64,000 bases of DNA, taken from assembly GCA_965240325.2 (NCBI GenBank), contig OZ251237.1, positions 310,001-374,000 on the forward strand. Reading direction: 5' to 3'. This stretch comes from Rebecca billardiae RCC1528. Its lineage: Eukaryota > Protista > Haptophyta. A model generated the notes under the pieces. It searched no databases. It worked only from the letters and a program-made list of their open reading frames with translations, and was not told the DNA's origin. The translations under genes were made by a program, and so were the position numbers. This document shows, in pieces, positions 21,127 through 34,362 of the stretch (the first letter of the stretch is position 1; each line of letters opens with the position of its first letter).

Positions 21127-24100
21127 ATGGCGGCGGCCGAGCAGATCATGGCGACGGCCGATCCGATCGAGGAGCTCCTGCGCTACCTCGACGCGCCGCC
21201 CGTCGAGCTCGACCCGCTGCTCAGGCGCGTCGCGGAGGTGACCGTGCACGCCATCCACATCGATAGCGAGCGGATCGCGCGCGTCGGCCGCGCGCTCAGC
21301 GCCGCCGCGTCGCAGCAAGAGCTGGGCGCTCTCGGCGACGCGCTGCGCGCCGAGCTCAAGATCGTGTCCGAGTCGTCGCACAGCCTCCACCGCGACGCGC
21401 TCGACGCCGCCGCCGCCCTCGACGAGCGGCTCGGCGCGCGGCTCGACGCGGCGGCGGCGGCGCAGCGCACCGCCTTCCTCGAGCTCGAGCACGGCGTGAT
21501 CGAGCGGTGCGCCGCGCGCTTCGCCCCGCGCGCCGAGCTCGAGGCGTCGCGCGCGCAGGTGGGCGAGCTCGAGGCGCGGCTCGCGCGACTCGAGGCGGAG
21601 CGCGTCACGCCCGCGCAGCTCGAGACGCTGCGCGCGCGCGCCGACGAGGCCGGCGCGCGGCTTCTCGCCCTCGAGGGCGCGCGCGCGCCGGCGGACGGCG
21701 ACGGCAGCGCGGGCGGCGCGCTGGGCGCGGAGCTGCGCGACTTGCGTGGCGAGCTCGAGCGGCAGCAGGCCGCCCTGCGCGAGCTCCTCGGCGGCCTCGA
21801 CGCCAAGGGCTCCGCGCGCGAGCTGCACGACGCGCTCTCGCGCGTGCGCTCTCTCGAGGAGCGCGCGCACACCGCCGAGGCGCGCACGGCCGACCTGCCG
21901 TCGGCGCGCGAGCTCGGCGCTCTGCTGGGCGAGCGCGAGCGCGTGCGCGAGCTCGAGCTGAGCGTGCGCGCGCTGCGCGAGCAGCTCGACGAGCGCGTCG
22001 TCTCGACCGCGCAGCTGGACGCGTCGCTCGCCGGCTGCGCGGCCGCGGCCGATCTGAACGGCGCGCTGGGCGAGCTGCGTCAGCTGCGTGATGAGCTGCG
22101 GCACGCGGCGGCGGCGGCGGACTCGAAGGGCGAGGCGGCGCGCGCGGAGGCGCGCGCGCTCGCCGCGCGCCTCGAGCGCGCCGAGCTCGCCGCCAACGAG
22201 CGCGCCGACGGCGCGCGCGCCGACGCGGCCGCGGCGCTCGCCGAGGCGCGCGCGGAGCTCTCCGCACAGGTCGAGCGCGCGGAGCTGCACGCAAAGGCGC
22301 TCGCGTCCGAGCTGCACGCCGAGTGCGAGCGGCGCGCGGTGAGCGCGGACGTGCGCGAGCTGTGGGAGGAGATCCAGGCGCAGCTGAGCGCGCTCGGCGG
22401 CGCGGCGGAGGGCGCGCGCGCCGCGGCGGAAGACGTGCGCAGCCTCGCGCTCGGCGGCAGCAGCGCGGCGGAGGAGGTGAGGGCGTGCACTGCACGCGCG
22501 CGCGCGCGGCCGCGCGTGCGCTCGCGCCGCCTGCCGCCGCCTGCCGCGCTGCGTGAACGCGCGCGCCCGGCCGCGCGCCCGCGCGCGCGCACTCGCGCCG
22601 CCTGCCGCCGCTTGGCGCGCTCGGACGCGCGCGCGCGCTCACGCGCGCCCCGCCCCTTCCGCGCGCCCCTCCGCGCGTAGGCCAAGGCGGAGGCCGCGCG
22701 CGCCACCGCCGACTCGCGCGCGCTGCAGGAGCTTGTTCGGCGCGAGCTCTCGGCCAAGGCGACTCACAACGAGCTCGGCGCGGAGGTTCGCAAGGCGGCG
22801 CGCGAGGCGCTCGAGCCGCAGCTGGCGGCGCAGCGCGCGGCGCTGGACGAGCGCGCGGCGGAGCTGCGCCGCGAGCTCGCCGAGCGCGCCACCGCCGTGC
22901 GCGACTCGCTCGGCGCCGAGCTGGGCACGGTGCAGCGCGAGCTGCGCGCCAAGGCGGACAGCGCCGAGGTGCGCGCGGCGACCGTGGAGGTGCGCGCGGC
23001 GGTGGGGGCGGAGCAGGAGCGCCGGCTGCAGCAGCTCGCGGCGGAGTCGGAGGCGGCGACGGCGGGCGTCCTCTCCGCGTTCGAGGCGAAGGCGGCGGAC
23101 ACGCTCGCCGCAGCATCCGCCGAGCTGCGCGAGCAGATGGCGCGCGCCACCGCCTCGCAGCTCGAGCACGCGCTCGCGGGCGTGCGCGCCGCGCTCCAGG
23201 CCAAGGCCGACGCGGCTGAGCTCGCGCCGCTCGCGCGCGCGCTCGGCGGGCTGGCGCGCTCGGGGTTTGGCGTCGAGATCGCCGAGAGCATGGGCATGGG
23301 CGGCGGCGGTGGCACGGGCGCGGGCGGCGGCGAGGCCACGGGCTGGGGCGGCGAGGGCACGGGCGGCGGCATGGGCCTGGGCGACGGCGGCATGCGCGGC
23401 GGCGGCGGGCTGGGCGGCGGCGGCGGCGCGAGCGCAGACGTGGGCGGCGGCCGAGGCGGCGGCGGCCGAGCCGGCGCCAGCGCCGGTGCCAGCCTCGCGG
23501 CGAGCAGGCGCGGCAGCCGCGCCTCCATCATCGACGCGCTCGGCGCGCTCGAAGAGGGGCTGAGCGCGCGCAAGCTCGCCGCGGCCGGCGCCACGGGGCC
23601 CTCGCCCGGCGCGGTGCGAGGCGTCCAGTTCGCCACGCCCGATACGGACGGCGGCGCGGCCGCGGAGCGCGCGCGCGCGCGCGCCGCGTCGTTCAGCAGC
23701 GAGGAGGCGGCGGAGGCTGACGACGGCAGCGCCGCCCGCTTCGCGGCGGCTCTCCGCGGCGCGGGCGCGAGCGCCGGAGGTGCCACCCGCGGCGGCGGCG
23801 GCGCCGCCGCCGCGCAGACGGGCGGCGGCGGCGCCGCCGCCGCGCAGACGGGCAGCGGCGGCGGCTCGGGCGCGCGCGGTGGCGCGGGAGGCGGCTTGGC
23901 GGTTGGTGCCGTCGGCGCGGTTGGCGGCGGGCCCCGCGGCGGCCTCGGCGACAGCGTCGGGGCATGCGGCGGCAGCTCGGGCGAGCTGAGCGTGGGCAGC
24001 GCCGGCGGCGCGGCTGGCGGCGGCACGCTCGGCCTCGGCGACGCCGTGCGCGCCGCCAGCGCCGTGAGCGGCGGCGCTGCCCCGTACGAGGAGCCAACCG

Positions 24101-24564
24101 TGCCACTGGCGCGCGCCATCGCCGAGCAGCGCGCGGTCCTCGAGCCGCTGTTCGCCGAGGCGCAGCTCGGGCGGTGGGCGTGGACGTCGCGCAAGCTCCG
24201 CTCGAGCACGCGCTCCGCGCTCCGCCTCGTGCCCTGGGACAGCCAGCGCATCAACACGGCGCCGCACGCGTTCGGGCACAGCCGCGGTCAGGTGTTCATC
24301 TTCGTCGAGGCGGCGGGGCCGTACGAGCTCACCACCGCCTTCTTCTCGACGCGGCGGCCGCTCACGGTGCGCGTGCACGTGAACGCGACGCCGGTGCTCG
24401 CCAAGGCGAGCGACGGCGCCGCGAAGCACATCGACAAGTCGGGCCGCGTCGCGGGCGTCGTGCTGCAGACCGTCGTCATGCTGCCGCGGCACGCGCACCT
24501 CGCCATCGAGCTGGTGGGCGACGAGCGAGACGCGCACGGCATCCTGGGGCTGCGCAAGATCTGA
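21127..24564 (+). CDS. Coiled-coil plus Gly-rich protein with a conserved C-terminal C1q-like beta domain; exons 21127-22476, 22681-24564
   Basis: GTGAG...TAG intron keeps frame. The C-terminus (GRWAWTS...VPWDSQRINT...AGPYEL...GILGLRKI) resembles a protist family I recall as C1q-domain-containing. Confidence 0.65.
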
Positions 24565-25017
24565 GGAGGGCGCGCTACCTCTGGTGCTGGCACCTGGCTG
24601 GGGTCCGCGCCGCCAGCCGCGGGCGGAGGGCCGGAGGGGCGCCGGCTGCCGCTGACCGCAGCGCCGCGGCAGTCGCGCGCGCGTCACTGTCTGACACAAT
24701 ATAACGACACTGCGTGGGCGCCGCAGTCGTCGGCAGTGGCGCGCGTACGGCGTATATGCCGTATAGGCAGTCGGGCGCATATATCCGCCCGCGGCGCTGA
24801 TCCTATATACTGATATCTATGCTGATGCGCCCTTTCTGCCACTGAACTCAGTAGCAGCGCGCAGTCCGCTACTACTATATAAGTTAGCGCGACTACTTGA
24901 CTCTGTCACTGCAGCGACGGTGTTTAGCGCACTACTGATGATTTCATCGTTTTCAGGCGATCGATCCAGCGCCTGCGGATTCCTCCGCGATCCGGCGCGC
25001 GAATCGCGCGGAGGAAG

Positions 25018-25971
25018 CTAGCAACAGCCCTGCTTCCTCCGCGGCTCAGGCGGGGCGTCGTAAATGTCTACACGCTCTCCGCTCATCAAAGGCGGCGCTT
25101 CGCTCAACGCCTTCACCTCAACAAGCCCTGCGCGAGGGCGCGCACGCGTACTCGCGGCGCGGCGTGAGCGCGCGCCGCGCCACCGCCGCCCCACCGCGCC
25201 GCCGCGCCGCCGCGCCGCCGCGCGCACGTGTGGTGAGGTCGAGGAACAGGTCGTCGATCCCGATGTTGTGCTTGGCGCTCGTCTCGTAATGGAACGCGCC
25301 CTGCGAGGCGGCGTACGCGTGCGCGTCCTCGAGCGTGACCTGCCGCTGCCGCTCCATGTCGCACTTGTTGCCCGCGATCACCAGCACGATGTCGTGCCCC
25401 ACCATTCGCCTCAGCTCGCGGATCCAGTTCTGCACCTTGACAAACGAGTCCTGGTCTGCGCTCGCGACAGGGCATGCGCACGCGCGCGCGCCGTGAGGGT
25501 TGGCCGGGGCGCGGGGGGCGGCAGTGCGCACGCACGCGCGCCGTGAGGGTTGGCCGGGGCGCGGGGGGCGGCAGGCTTGCGCGCGGCCGCACCCGTGATG
25601 TCGTACACGAGGATCGCCGCGTCCGCGTCCCTGTAGTAGATCGGCCCGAGCGCGTGGAAGCGCTCCTGGCCCGCGGTATCCCAGATCGCCAGCTTGCATG
25701 TCGTCGCGCCGATTGTGATCCGCTTGTCGAAGAAGGATGCCTGCACCGTCGGCGACGTGCGGTCGTCGAATGTCTGGTGCACAAAACGCAACAACAGGCT
25801 GCCCGCACGCGCGCGCAGCGTCGCGCGCAGCGAGCGTGCGTCAAGGCGCGAACGCATGCAAGTGCCCACGCTCCGTGCGGACGCGCGCGCGCGCGCGGCA
25901 CAGCACCTCGTCTTGCCCACGCGGCCCTCGCCGAGCAGAACGGCCTTCGCCGTGATGTGCTGATCCATCAT
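25018..25971 (-). CDS. RAB21: Rab21-like small GTPase; exons 25971-25907, 25798-25593, 25455-25228, 25127-25018
   Basis: LLGEGRVGKTS, TVQASF, WDTAGQERFHALGPIYYR (Rab21 signature), GNKCD, ETSAK and C-terminal CC. Confidence 0.92.
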
Positions 25972-26184
25972 GCACGGCCTCGCTGACACTCACTTCAGCC
26001 GTGAGTGTCAGCGCACCCACTTTGCCTGCGCGCTTGCGCCCACGGCCTGCTGGCTGCTGCACCCACGCCAGCCCGCCCAGCCGCTCAGTTCTTCATGGAT
26101 GCCGATCCGGGCGCGATTCTGGCCCGGATCCCCTTGCGGGAGTCCGGGGCGGTTACGGTGGCCTGTTTCGAGTGAGTCGCCAGG

Positions 26185-29100
26185 ATGGAGGACCCCAAGG
26201 ATGTGTGCGCACGCGTCCGCCCGCCCGCCCGCGCGCGAGGGGCGCGCGGCGACATGCACGCGTCGTGCTGAGCGCGGCCGCCCGACCTCCCCCCGCGCCA
26301 CACGCACGCAGGGCGCCAAGGGCGAGGACCCCGCGTCCGCCGAGGGCTCGGCGTTCGAGGCGCTCGAGCGCGACTTCCAGCAGGTGCTACAGGAGCTGGT
26401 CGGCGACAAGTCGCTCGAGCGCTTCCGCACGGAGTACGAGAAGGTGCGCGCGCTCGGGCCGGGCGCACGAGCGACGGTCGCGCCCACACGCCCTGCCGCG
26501 CGTCGCGCTCGGCCGCGCGTCGCGCCCGGTCACGCTGAGCGGTCGCGCCTCGACCCGCGCGCGCGCGCGACGCGCACAGCTGCACCGCGCGCTCAAGAAG
26601 AGCCACGAGAGCGAGAAGCGGCTGGTGAAGAAGGCGCGGGAGCTCAAGTGCGCTGCACGCCGCACGCGCGCCGCCGCTGCCCCGCGCGCACGCACGCCCC
26701 TCGCCCGGCGCGCCGGGGCTGACACGCCCCGCGCCCGCATGTACGCACTCGCGCGCGCGCGCGCGCGCCCGCGCCCGCGCCTATGTCGCTCCGCCCGTGC
26801 GTGCTCACAGCTCGGAGATCGTGCAGAATGCGAGCAAGGTGCGCGCGTGGTGGCGGGGCGCGCGCGCCAGCACGCCGCCGCCGCCGTGCGCCCGCGCGGC
26901 CGCGCGCTCGGCCGCTCGCCGCCGCCCGCGTTCCGCGCGCGCCGAGCGTGTCGCGCGCTCTCGGGCTGACGGTGCGCTCGCGCACGCGCGCCCTCGTCCG
27001 TGTTTCGCGCGCGCGCTCCGCAGGTGCAAACGGCGCTGAAGCTGTCGCAGGAGGACCAGGCGACGGTGGCGAGCCTGAAGCGCGAGATCGAGAAGGCGTG
27101 GAAGATGGTCGACGCCGCGCACGACAAGGAGGCGCGCGCGAAGGAGGCGATCGCGTCGCTCAAGGGCGAGATCACGAATCTCTCCAAGCTGGTCGAGCAG
27201 GGCGCGGGGCTGAGCATCGGGCAGGAGTCGACGGTGAACGAGCTGATGCGCGTGAAGAACGACCTGATGCGCGAGCGGGACAACGCCATCGCGCAGGTGG
27301 GCGTGCTCCGCGTCGAGATCGACGACTACGTGAAGCGCATCGGTGTGATGGAGACCGACCACACCGCGCAGCGCGAGGCGATCGAGGCGTTCCGCAACCT
27401 GATCGCGCAGAAGCGCGCCGACGCCGAGCGCGACGCGGCGCGCAAGGCCAAGATGGAGGCGGAGCTGCTCTCGCTGCAGAAGGGGCTGGAGGACAAGCAG
27501 GCGGAGCTGCGCGAGCGCGCCGAGTCGCTCTCCGCGACCAACGAGTCGATCCTCAAGCTCGAGCACCAGCTGCGCGACGAGCGGCAGCGCACGGACAAGG
27601 CGTCCAAGGAGGTGGACGGCCTGCACGCCAAGGGGCTGAAGCAGCAGGCGCAGCACGAGGAGCACACGTTCACCGCGGCGCAGCTGGTGAAGGAGGGCGC
27701 GGAGCGGAGCGTGGAGCTGCGGCTGCGCGAGGACGAGATCGCCGGGCACAAGCGCGAGATCGCGCGCCTCACCGCCACCGTCGAGGCCACCGCCGAGAAG
27801 GCGGCGGCCATCGAGGCGCGGCGCGACGCGGTCGAGGCCGAGTCGCTCGGGCACAAGAAGACGCTCAACGAGCTCGACGCGCGGCTCGCGGAGGCGAAGC
27901 GGCTGCACGACGTGGACCGCCGTCGGAAGGAGCACGCGACGCGCGAGCGCGAGCTCCTCATCAAGGGCGTGCTCAAGGCGCAGGGCCTCACCGCCAAGCA
28001 GGCCGACGTCGTGCGCGTGCACGAGAACCAGCGCAAGAATCTCGAGCAGGAGATTGGCGGCTTCAAGGGCGAGGCGTACCGGCAGCGCAAGACGATCCTC
28101 TCGCTCGAGAAAGAGCGCGAGCGGCTGCTGGGCGAGGCGCGCGACGCGGGCGCGCGGCACGCGCAGGCGGCGGAGGAGCTGCGCACGCGCGAGGCCTCCG
28201 CGCTCGCGCTGCAGCGCCGCATCGCCGACGTGGACAACAAGCTGAAGCAGCAGCAGAACCTGTACGAGGCGGTGCGCGCCGACCGCAACCTGTACAACAA
28301 GTCGCTGCTCGACGCGCGCGACGAGATCGGCGAGATGCGGCGCAAGTTCAAGATCATGAACCACCAGATCGAGCAGCTCAAGGAGGAGATCCACTCCAAG
28401 GACCAGTCGCTGGTGCGCGAGCACTTCGAGCACATGAAGGTGGTCAAGGAGAAGGAGGCGCTCAAGGACGAGGTGGGGCGCGTGCGCAAGCAGACGACGC
28501 AGGCGGACGAGACGATGGCCACGTACAAGGCCGAGCTCACCAAGCTCGCCGCCGTCGTCGCCGAGGCGGACACGGAGGGCGCGCGGCAGGCGAAGGAGAA
28601 GGAGCTCGTCGTGAACGAGCGCGACCTGCTGGGCATGCAGCTGATCCGCCGCACCGAGGAGCTCTCGCTGCTCTACGAGAAGATCCGCGTGCACGACTCG
28701 ATGCTGCGGAAGGGCGAGGAGCAGTTCGGCAACGTGACGGGCGCGGTCGGCGCTCTGCAGCAGCGGCTGCACGCGGTGCACGCCGAGGTGAGCGCACTCA
28801 AGAGCAGCGTGACCAACTCGGACTCGATCCGGAACGAGGTGTACCACCTCGCGCGCGAGCTCATGCACGAGCGCGCCAAGGTGAAGGGCCTCGAGTCCGA
28901 GCTCGCGTACCCCCTCAACGTGCACCGCTGGCGCAAGCTCGAGGGTGCGCGCGCGCGCTGCGTGCGCGCGCTGCGTGTGCGCGCGCACACGCGGCGCGCG
29001 CGGCGCTGGCTGGGCGGGCCGCCGAGCCGCCGGGCGCGGCTGACACCGCGCGCCCGCCCCGCGCGCGGCCCGCGCAGGCTCGGACCCCGCGGCGTACGAG

Positions 29101-29669
29101 ATGGTGCAGAAGATCCAGGTCCTGCAGAAGCGGCTGATCGGGAAGTCGGCCGAGGCGGCCGCCAAGGCGGACGAGCTGCAGCACAAGGACAAGCTGTATG
29201 CCGAGCTCAAGACAATCCTCGCGCGCCAGCCCGGCCCGGAGATCGCCGAGAAGCTCGCGCTGTACAAGCACTCGCTCAAGGAGAAGGAGCAGCAGACCGA
29301 GCAGATGTCCGCCGAGCTCGCCATGTGCGCGCACGCGCGCGCGGCGCGCGCGCCGACTGAGACACACGCTGCGCGCCGCGCGCGCCGCGACGCTCACGCG
29401 CGCGCGTGCGCCGTTGCCGCGCGCGCGCGTGCCGCAGGTACCACGCCCAGGTGGCGGACTACAAGGCGGAGATCGACCGTGTCGTGCGCGAGCTGCACGA
29501 CGTGCAGCGCAAGTTCTTCGAGCAGAAGAAGAAGGAGCACGCGCACAGGGAGAGCGTGCGCGCCGACCGCACCAGGCGCGCGCCCATCGAGGCGACGATC
29601 GCCGAGGCGCGCGCCTCGATCCCGCGCTTCACGGGCGGCGGCTTCTCGCTCAGCCGACGAGCGTCATGA
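26185..29669 (+). CDS. CFAP58: Cilia- and flagella-associated protein 58; exons 26185-26202, 26312-26443, 26580-26647, 26811-26838, 27024-28944, 29078-29324, 29438-29669
   Basis: FEALERDFQQVLQELVGDKSLERFRTEYEKLHRALKKSHESEKRL, LKREIEKAWKMVD, KLKQQQNLYEAVRADRNLY, PLNVHRWRKLEGSDP and PRFTGGGF are hallmark CFAP58 segments. Confidence 0.92.
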
Positions 29670-29974
29670 TGATGCCAGATGAGCAGGTCGTACGTTGTCG
29701 GTCTGGTCGCCAACGTCTGACGCGATGATGATGATGATAGCTTGATAGCCCTAAGTCCGTACGACGTGATCATCATGTCGATCATGACGAGTAGTCGTCA
29801 CAGTGACTCGCGGGTAACGCCTGACGATCGAGGCGATCAGGTTACCAGTGCGCGGACGGACAGTAGCTAGCGCGCTTCAACCGGGCGCGCAGCCTCTGCC
29901 GCGGCGGCAGCTGCCAGGACGAGACCGACGCGCCGCCGCGCCTCGCGACGTGGGCCGGCCCTCCAGCGCCCCGC

Positions 29975-32487
29975 TCAGTACACGCGGCGCACCGGCGCCA
30001 CCGTCTTGCACTCCGCCTCGTCGAGCGTGTAGTAGTGCACAGGTCGGTAGTCGAGCTTGACCGCCTCGTCCTCGGGCTTAGACATCCACGAGAGCGTGTG
30101 CTTCATCCAGTCCTTGTCGTCGCGCTCGGTGAAGCTGCGGGCGGCGCGGCGGGGCGCGGGCGCGGGGCGCGGGGGAGAGGGGGCGTGGGCGGCGAGCGTG
30201 CCGGCGGCACCGCGGGGCGCGCGCGCGCGCGCGCGCTCGGCGCGGCGGCGGCGCGTCGCGTCGCGTCGCGGCGCGCGCACTCCTCCCGCGCGTGCGCGCC
30301 GCGCGACTCCTTGCGCGCCTCGGCCGAGTGCACCGTCTGCGCGGCGAGCGGCAGCATGTTCTGCAGCTCGAGCGCCTCGGTGAGGTCGGTGTTCCACACG
30401 AGCGAGCGGTCGGCGATGCCGATGTCCTCAAAGTTCTTGCACACGTCCATCATCTTGGTGCAGCCCTCCGCGAGGATGTCCTGCGTGCGGAAGACTGCGC
30501 GCGCGGCGCCGCCAGCCGCGCCGAGCGCACGCGCGCGCGCGGGCAGACGCGCGGGGGTTAGATGGACCGAGTGTGCCCCTGCCCCTGCCCTGGCAAGGGG
30601 CACGGCAAGGGGCACGGCAAGGGGCGCGCACGCGGCAGCGGGCGGCGCGCGCGCGCACCGGCGGCGTGCTTCTGCATCACGCCCTGCATCTCGCCGCGCA
30701 CCGACGCGGTCGAGCGCGCGCCGGTCGAGTGCCGCAGCTTGTCCAGGTTTGCGATCGTCGCGTCGCCCGCGCCCGGCGGCAGCGGCTTGAGCGGCTCGCC
30801 GGGCTTGGAGGTCTCGCCGATGGTGTGCGAGACGGCGCGGCCGAAGACGACGATGTCGAGCAGCGAGTTCGCGCCCAGCCTGTTCGCGCCGTGCACCGAC
30901 GCGCACGCCGCCTCGCCCGCCGCGTACAGCCCGGGCACCACCTTGTCCGGCTCGTCCGCGGTCGGCGCGAGCACCTGCCCCTTGTGGTTGGTCGGGATGC
31001 CGCCCATGTTGTAGTGCACGGTGGGGAGGACGGGGATGGGCTCGCGCGTGACGTCGACGCCGGCGAAGATCGACGCGGTCTCCGAGATGCCGGGCAGCCG
31101 CTCCGCCAGGATCTCGGGCGGCAGGTGGTTGAGGTACAGGTAGATGTGGTCCTTGTTGGGCCCGACGCCGCGCCCCTCGTTAATCTCCTGCGTCATCGAG
31201 CGCGAGACGACGTCGCGGCTCGCGAGGTCCTTGGCGGTGGGCGCGTAGCGCTCCATGAAGCGCTCGCCCTCCGAGTTGCGCAGGATGCCGCCCTCGCCGC
31301 GCGCGCCCTCCGTGATCAGGCACCCCGCGCCGTAGATCCCCGTCGGGTGGAACTGCACGAACTCGAGGTCCTGATTGGGCAGCCCCGCGCGCGCGACCAT
31401 CGCGTTGCCGTCGCCCGTGCACGTGTGCGCGGACGTGGCGGAGAAGTAGGCGCGGCCGTACCCGCCGGTGGCGATGGCGGTGTGCTTGGACCTGAAGCGG
31501 TGCAGCGTGCCGTCCTCCATGTTCAGCGCCATCACGCCGACGCACGACCCCTCCTTGTCCATGATCAGGTCGAGCGCGAACATCTCGATGAAGAACTGCG
31601 TGTCGTGCCGGCACGCCTGCCCGTACAGCGTGTGCAGCATCGCGTGGCCCGTGCGGTCGGCGGCGCACGCGCAGCGGTACGCCTGCCCGCCCTTGCCGTA
31701 GTCGAGCGACTGCCCGCCGAACGCGCGCTGGTAGATCTTCCCGTCCTCCGTCCGGCTGAACGGCAGGCCGTAGTGCTCGAGCTCAATCACAGCGCTCGGC
31801 GCCTCGCGGCACATGTAGTGGATAGCGTCCTGGTCGCCGAGCCAGTCCGAGCCCTTCACCGTGTCGTACATCTGCGCCGGCCGGCCGGGGCCGCGCGCGC
31901 GCCGCGCACGACGGGGTGAGGCACGCCAGCGGCGAAGGGGCGCGCGGGGGGCGCGCGGGGCGCGGGGCGCGGGGCGCGGGTACGGCGCGCCGGGCGCTGG
32001 GCGCGGGGGCGGCGCGCGCGCGGAGGCGCGCACGTGCCACCGCCAGTCGTCCTCGGTCATGTTGCCCAGCGCCGCGTTGATGCCTGCGCGAGCACGCGCG
32101 CCATGGTGCGCGCAAGCCGCGCGTCACGGCGTGTGCCCGCGCGCGCGCGCGCGCGCGCGCACGCACGGACCAGGCCAGGGCCGCGCGCTGGCGGACGCAG
32201 ATGCGCCGAGTGACAGCTGCGCCGCCCGAGCGCGCACCTCCCTGTGCCGCCACCGTGTGCGAGCGGGTGGGGAACAGCTTCGTCACACACGCCGTCTTAA
32301 ACCCCTGCGACGCGAGGCCGAACGCGGCGCGCAGGCCGGCGCCGCCCGCGCCGATCACGACCGCATCGTACTCGTGGTCGATCACCGTGTACGCGGGCTT
32401 GGTGGTGCTGAGCTGCCGGAGCTGCGGGCGGCCACGCGGGCGAGCGGCCGCCCCCGCCGAGAATCGTCGGGCCAAGGTGGCGAGCAT
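29975..32487 (-). CDS. SDHA: Succinate dehydrogenase flavoprotein subunit, mitochondrial; exons 32487-32238, 32083-32034, 31871-30659, 30494-30281, 30134-29975
   Basis: [59 protein letters not shown] and a mitochondrial presequence. Confidence 0.97.
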
Positions 32488-32755
32488 TCCGCCCTTTCGC
32501 CGGCCGGCCCTAGGTCTCCGCACTTGCTGGGGCGCCGACGAAGGCTCGCGATCGTGTGCTTGCGCCGCGGCCGCCGCCGCACGCTTTTAGATAGATAGTC
32601 GTATGGGGGTAACTACCCGGGTATTATCTAGAGCTTCTTAGATACTCTGACTCTCAGACTGGTATGATAGTGATGGATACTTGCAAGTCCGGGCGCCTGC
32701 CTGTCCTGCACGCGTCGCTGGGCGCTGGGCGACGAGCGCGCCCCGCGCGAGCACC

Positions 32756-33796
32756 ATGTCCGCATGGGATGGGGGAGGACGTGGTGCTCGGCAGATCGTC
32801 GAGGAGGCGTGCCAGACGTTCCAGACGGCGGTGGACGCCGAGTCTCGAAAGGCCGCGGAGCAGGTGCTCCTCACCTTCCGCGCCTCGCCGCTCGAGGTCG
32901 CGCTCTCGGTGCTCGACGAGACGACGCTCGAGATTGCTCGGTACCACGCGCTCCTCGCCGTGCGCGACGGGCTGGCGCGCGAGTGGTCGTCGCTCGGCAC
33001 GCCGGCGCGCGCGCACCTCGAGTCATCGTTGTGCCACATCCTCGACCCCTCGTCCGGCGTACGCGAGCGCTTCGTCTCGGGCGAGGCGTGCAATGTGCTC
33101 GCGCGGCTCGCCAAGCGCGACGCGATCGCCGCGCTGCCCGAGTCGGCCGCGTCGATGGTGCCGCCGATCGACGAGGCGCGCCCGCCCGGCTCGGCGACGG
33201 GGCGGCTCATCGCGCACGCCTCCGCCCTCTTCGGCTGCGCCGACGCGAGCGCGCGCGAGGGCGCGCTCGAGCTCCTCTCGTCGCTCGTGCACGAGTTTGG
33301 CGCGCCCGCCGAGGGTCACCTGGGCGACGGCGGCATCCCGGGTGCGCTGCAGCAGCGCGCGCGCGCGGACTTCCAGGCGCAGCACCTGCCGCACCTGTTC
33401 GACTCGCTCGTCGCGCTGCTCTTCGCCATGTCGCCCGGCGACGGCGACGCCGCCGGCGGCGGCGGCGGCGACAGATGCGGCGGCGGAGGCGGCGGCGGCG
33501 GCGGCGCGGCCGCCGACGGCGCCGTGCGCGTCGACTCGCCGCTGCTCGCGCGCACGGTGGGTCTGCTCGCGACGGTGCTCGGCTGGGACTTTGCGGGCAC
33601 CACGGGCAGCGTCGGCGGCGGCGCGGGCGCGGGCGGCGGCCGGCCGGGGCTGCTCTCGGCGACCGTGCGCCCTCCGCTCGAGTGGCGCGGCAAGGTTGAC
33701 TCGCTCCCGCTGATAGCCAAGGCGTGGTCGCTGTACAGCGCGCTGCGCGCGACGCTGGCGGCGCGCGCGGGCGGCGGCGAGGCGGACGGCGGCGCG

Positions 33797-33829
<33 letters not shown>

Positions 33830-34325
33830 ACCGACGGCGCGGGCGGCGGCTCGGCGCGCGCGCTCGAGGAAGGCGCGCACGCGTGCCGCCAGCTGCTCGT
33901 GCAACTGGGGTCGCTGCACCCGTCGGCGTTTGCGAGCGAGCGCGCGCAGCTGGAGTACATCGACGCGATCGTGGGGCCGCTGCTGCAGATGCTGCGCGCG
34001 CCGCTGCCGCACGCCGTCGGCGACGACGCGCTCGCCGCCGAGGTGCGCGACGTCGCGCAGCTGTGCGCGCGGCTGCTCGCCAACTCGGGCGCGCGCGCGC
34101 TCTCGCGCCTACCCGGCGTGCAGCTGCACGCGCTGTACGCGGCGCTGGCGCGGCTGGCGTGCGAGCTCGCGGAGGGCGTGAGCGCCGCGGCGGCCGACGC
34201 GGCCGACGCGGAGGAGGCGTGGCAGGTCGACGCGCTCGACGCGCTGCTCGACGTGTGGCTCTCGCTCGTCGTGCAGCACGCGCCCGGCGCGCGCGCGCAC
34301 GGCGCCGTGAACGGCGGCGGCGGGT

Positions 34326-34362
<37 letters not shown>
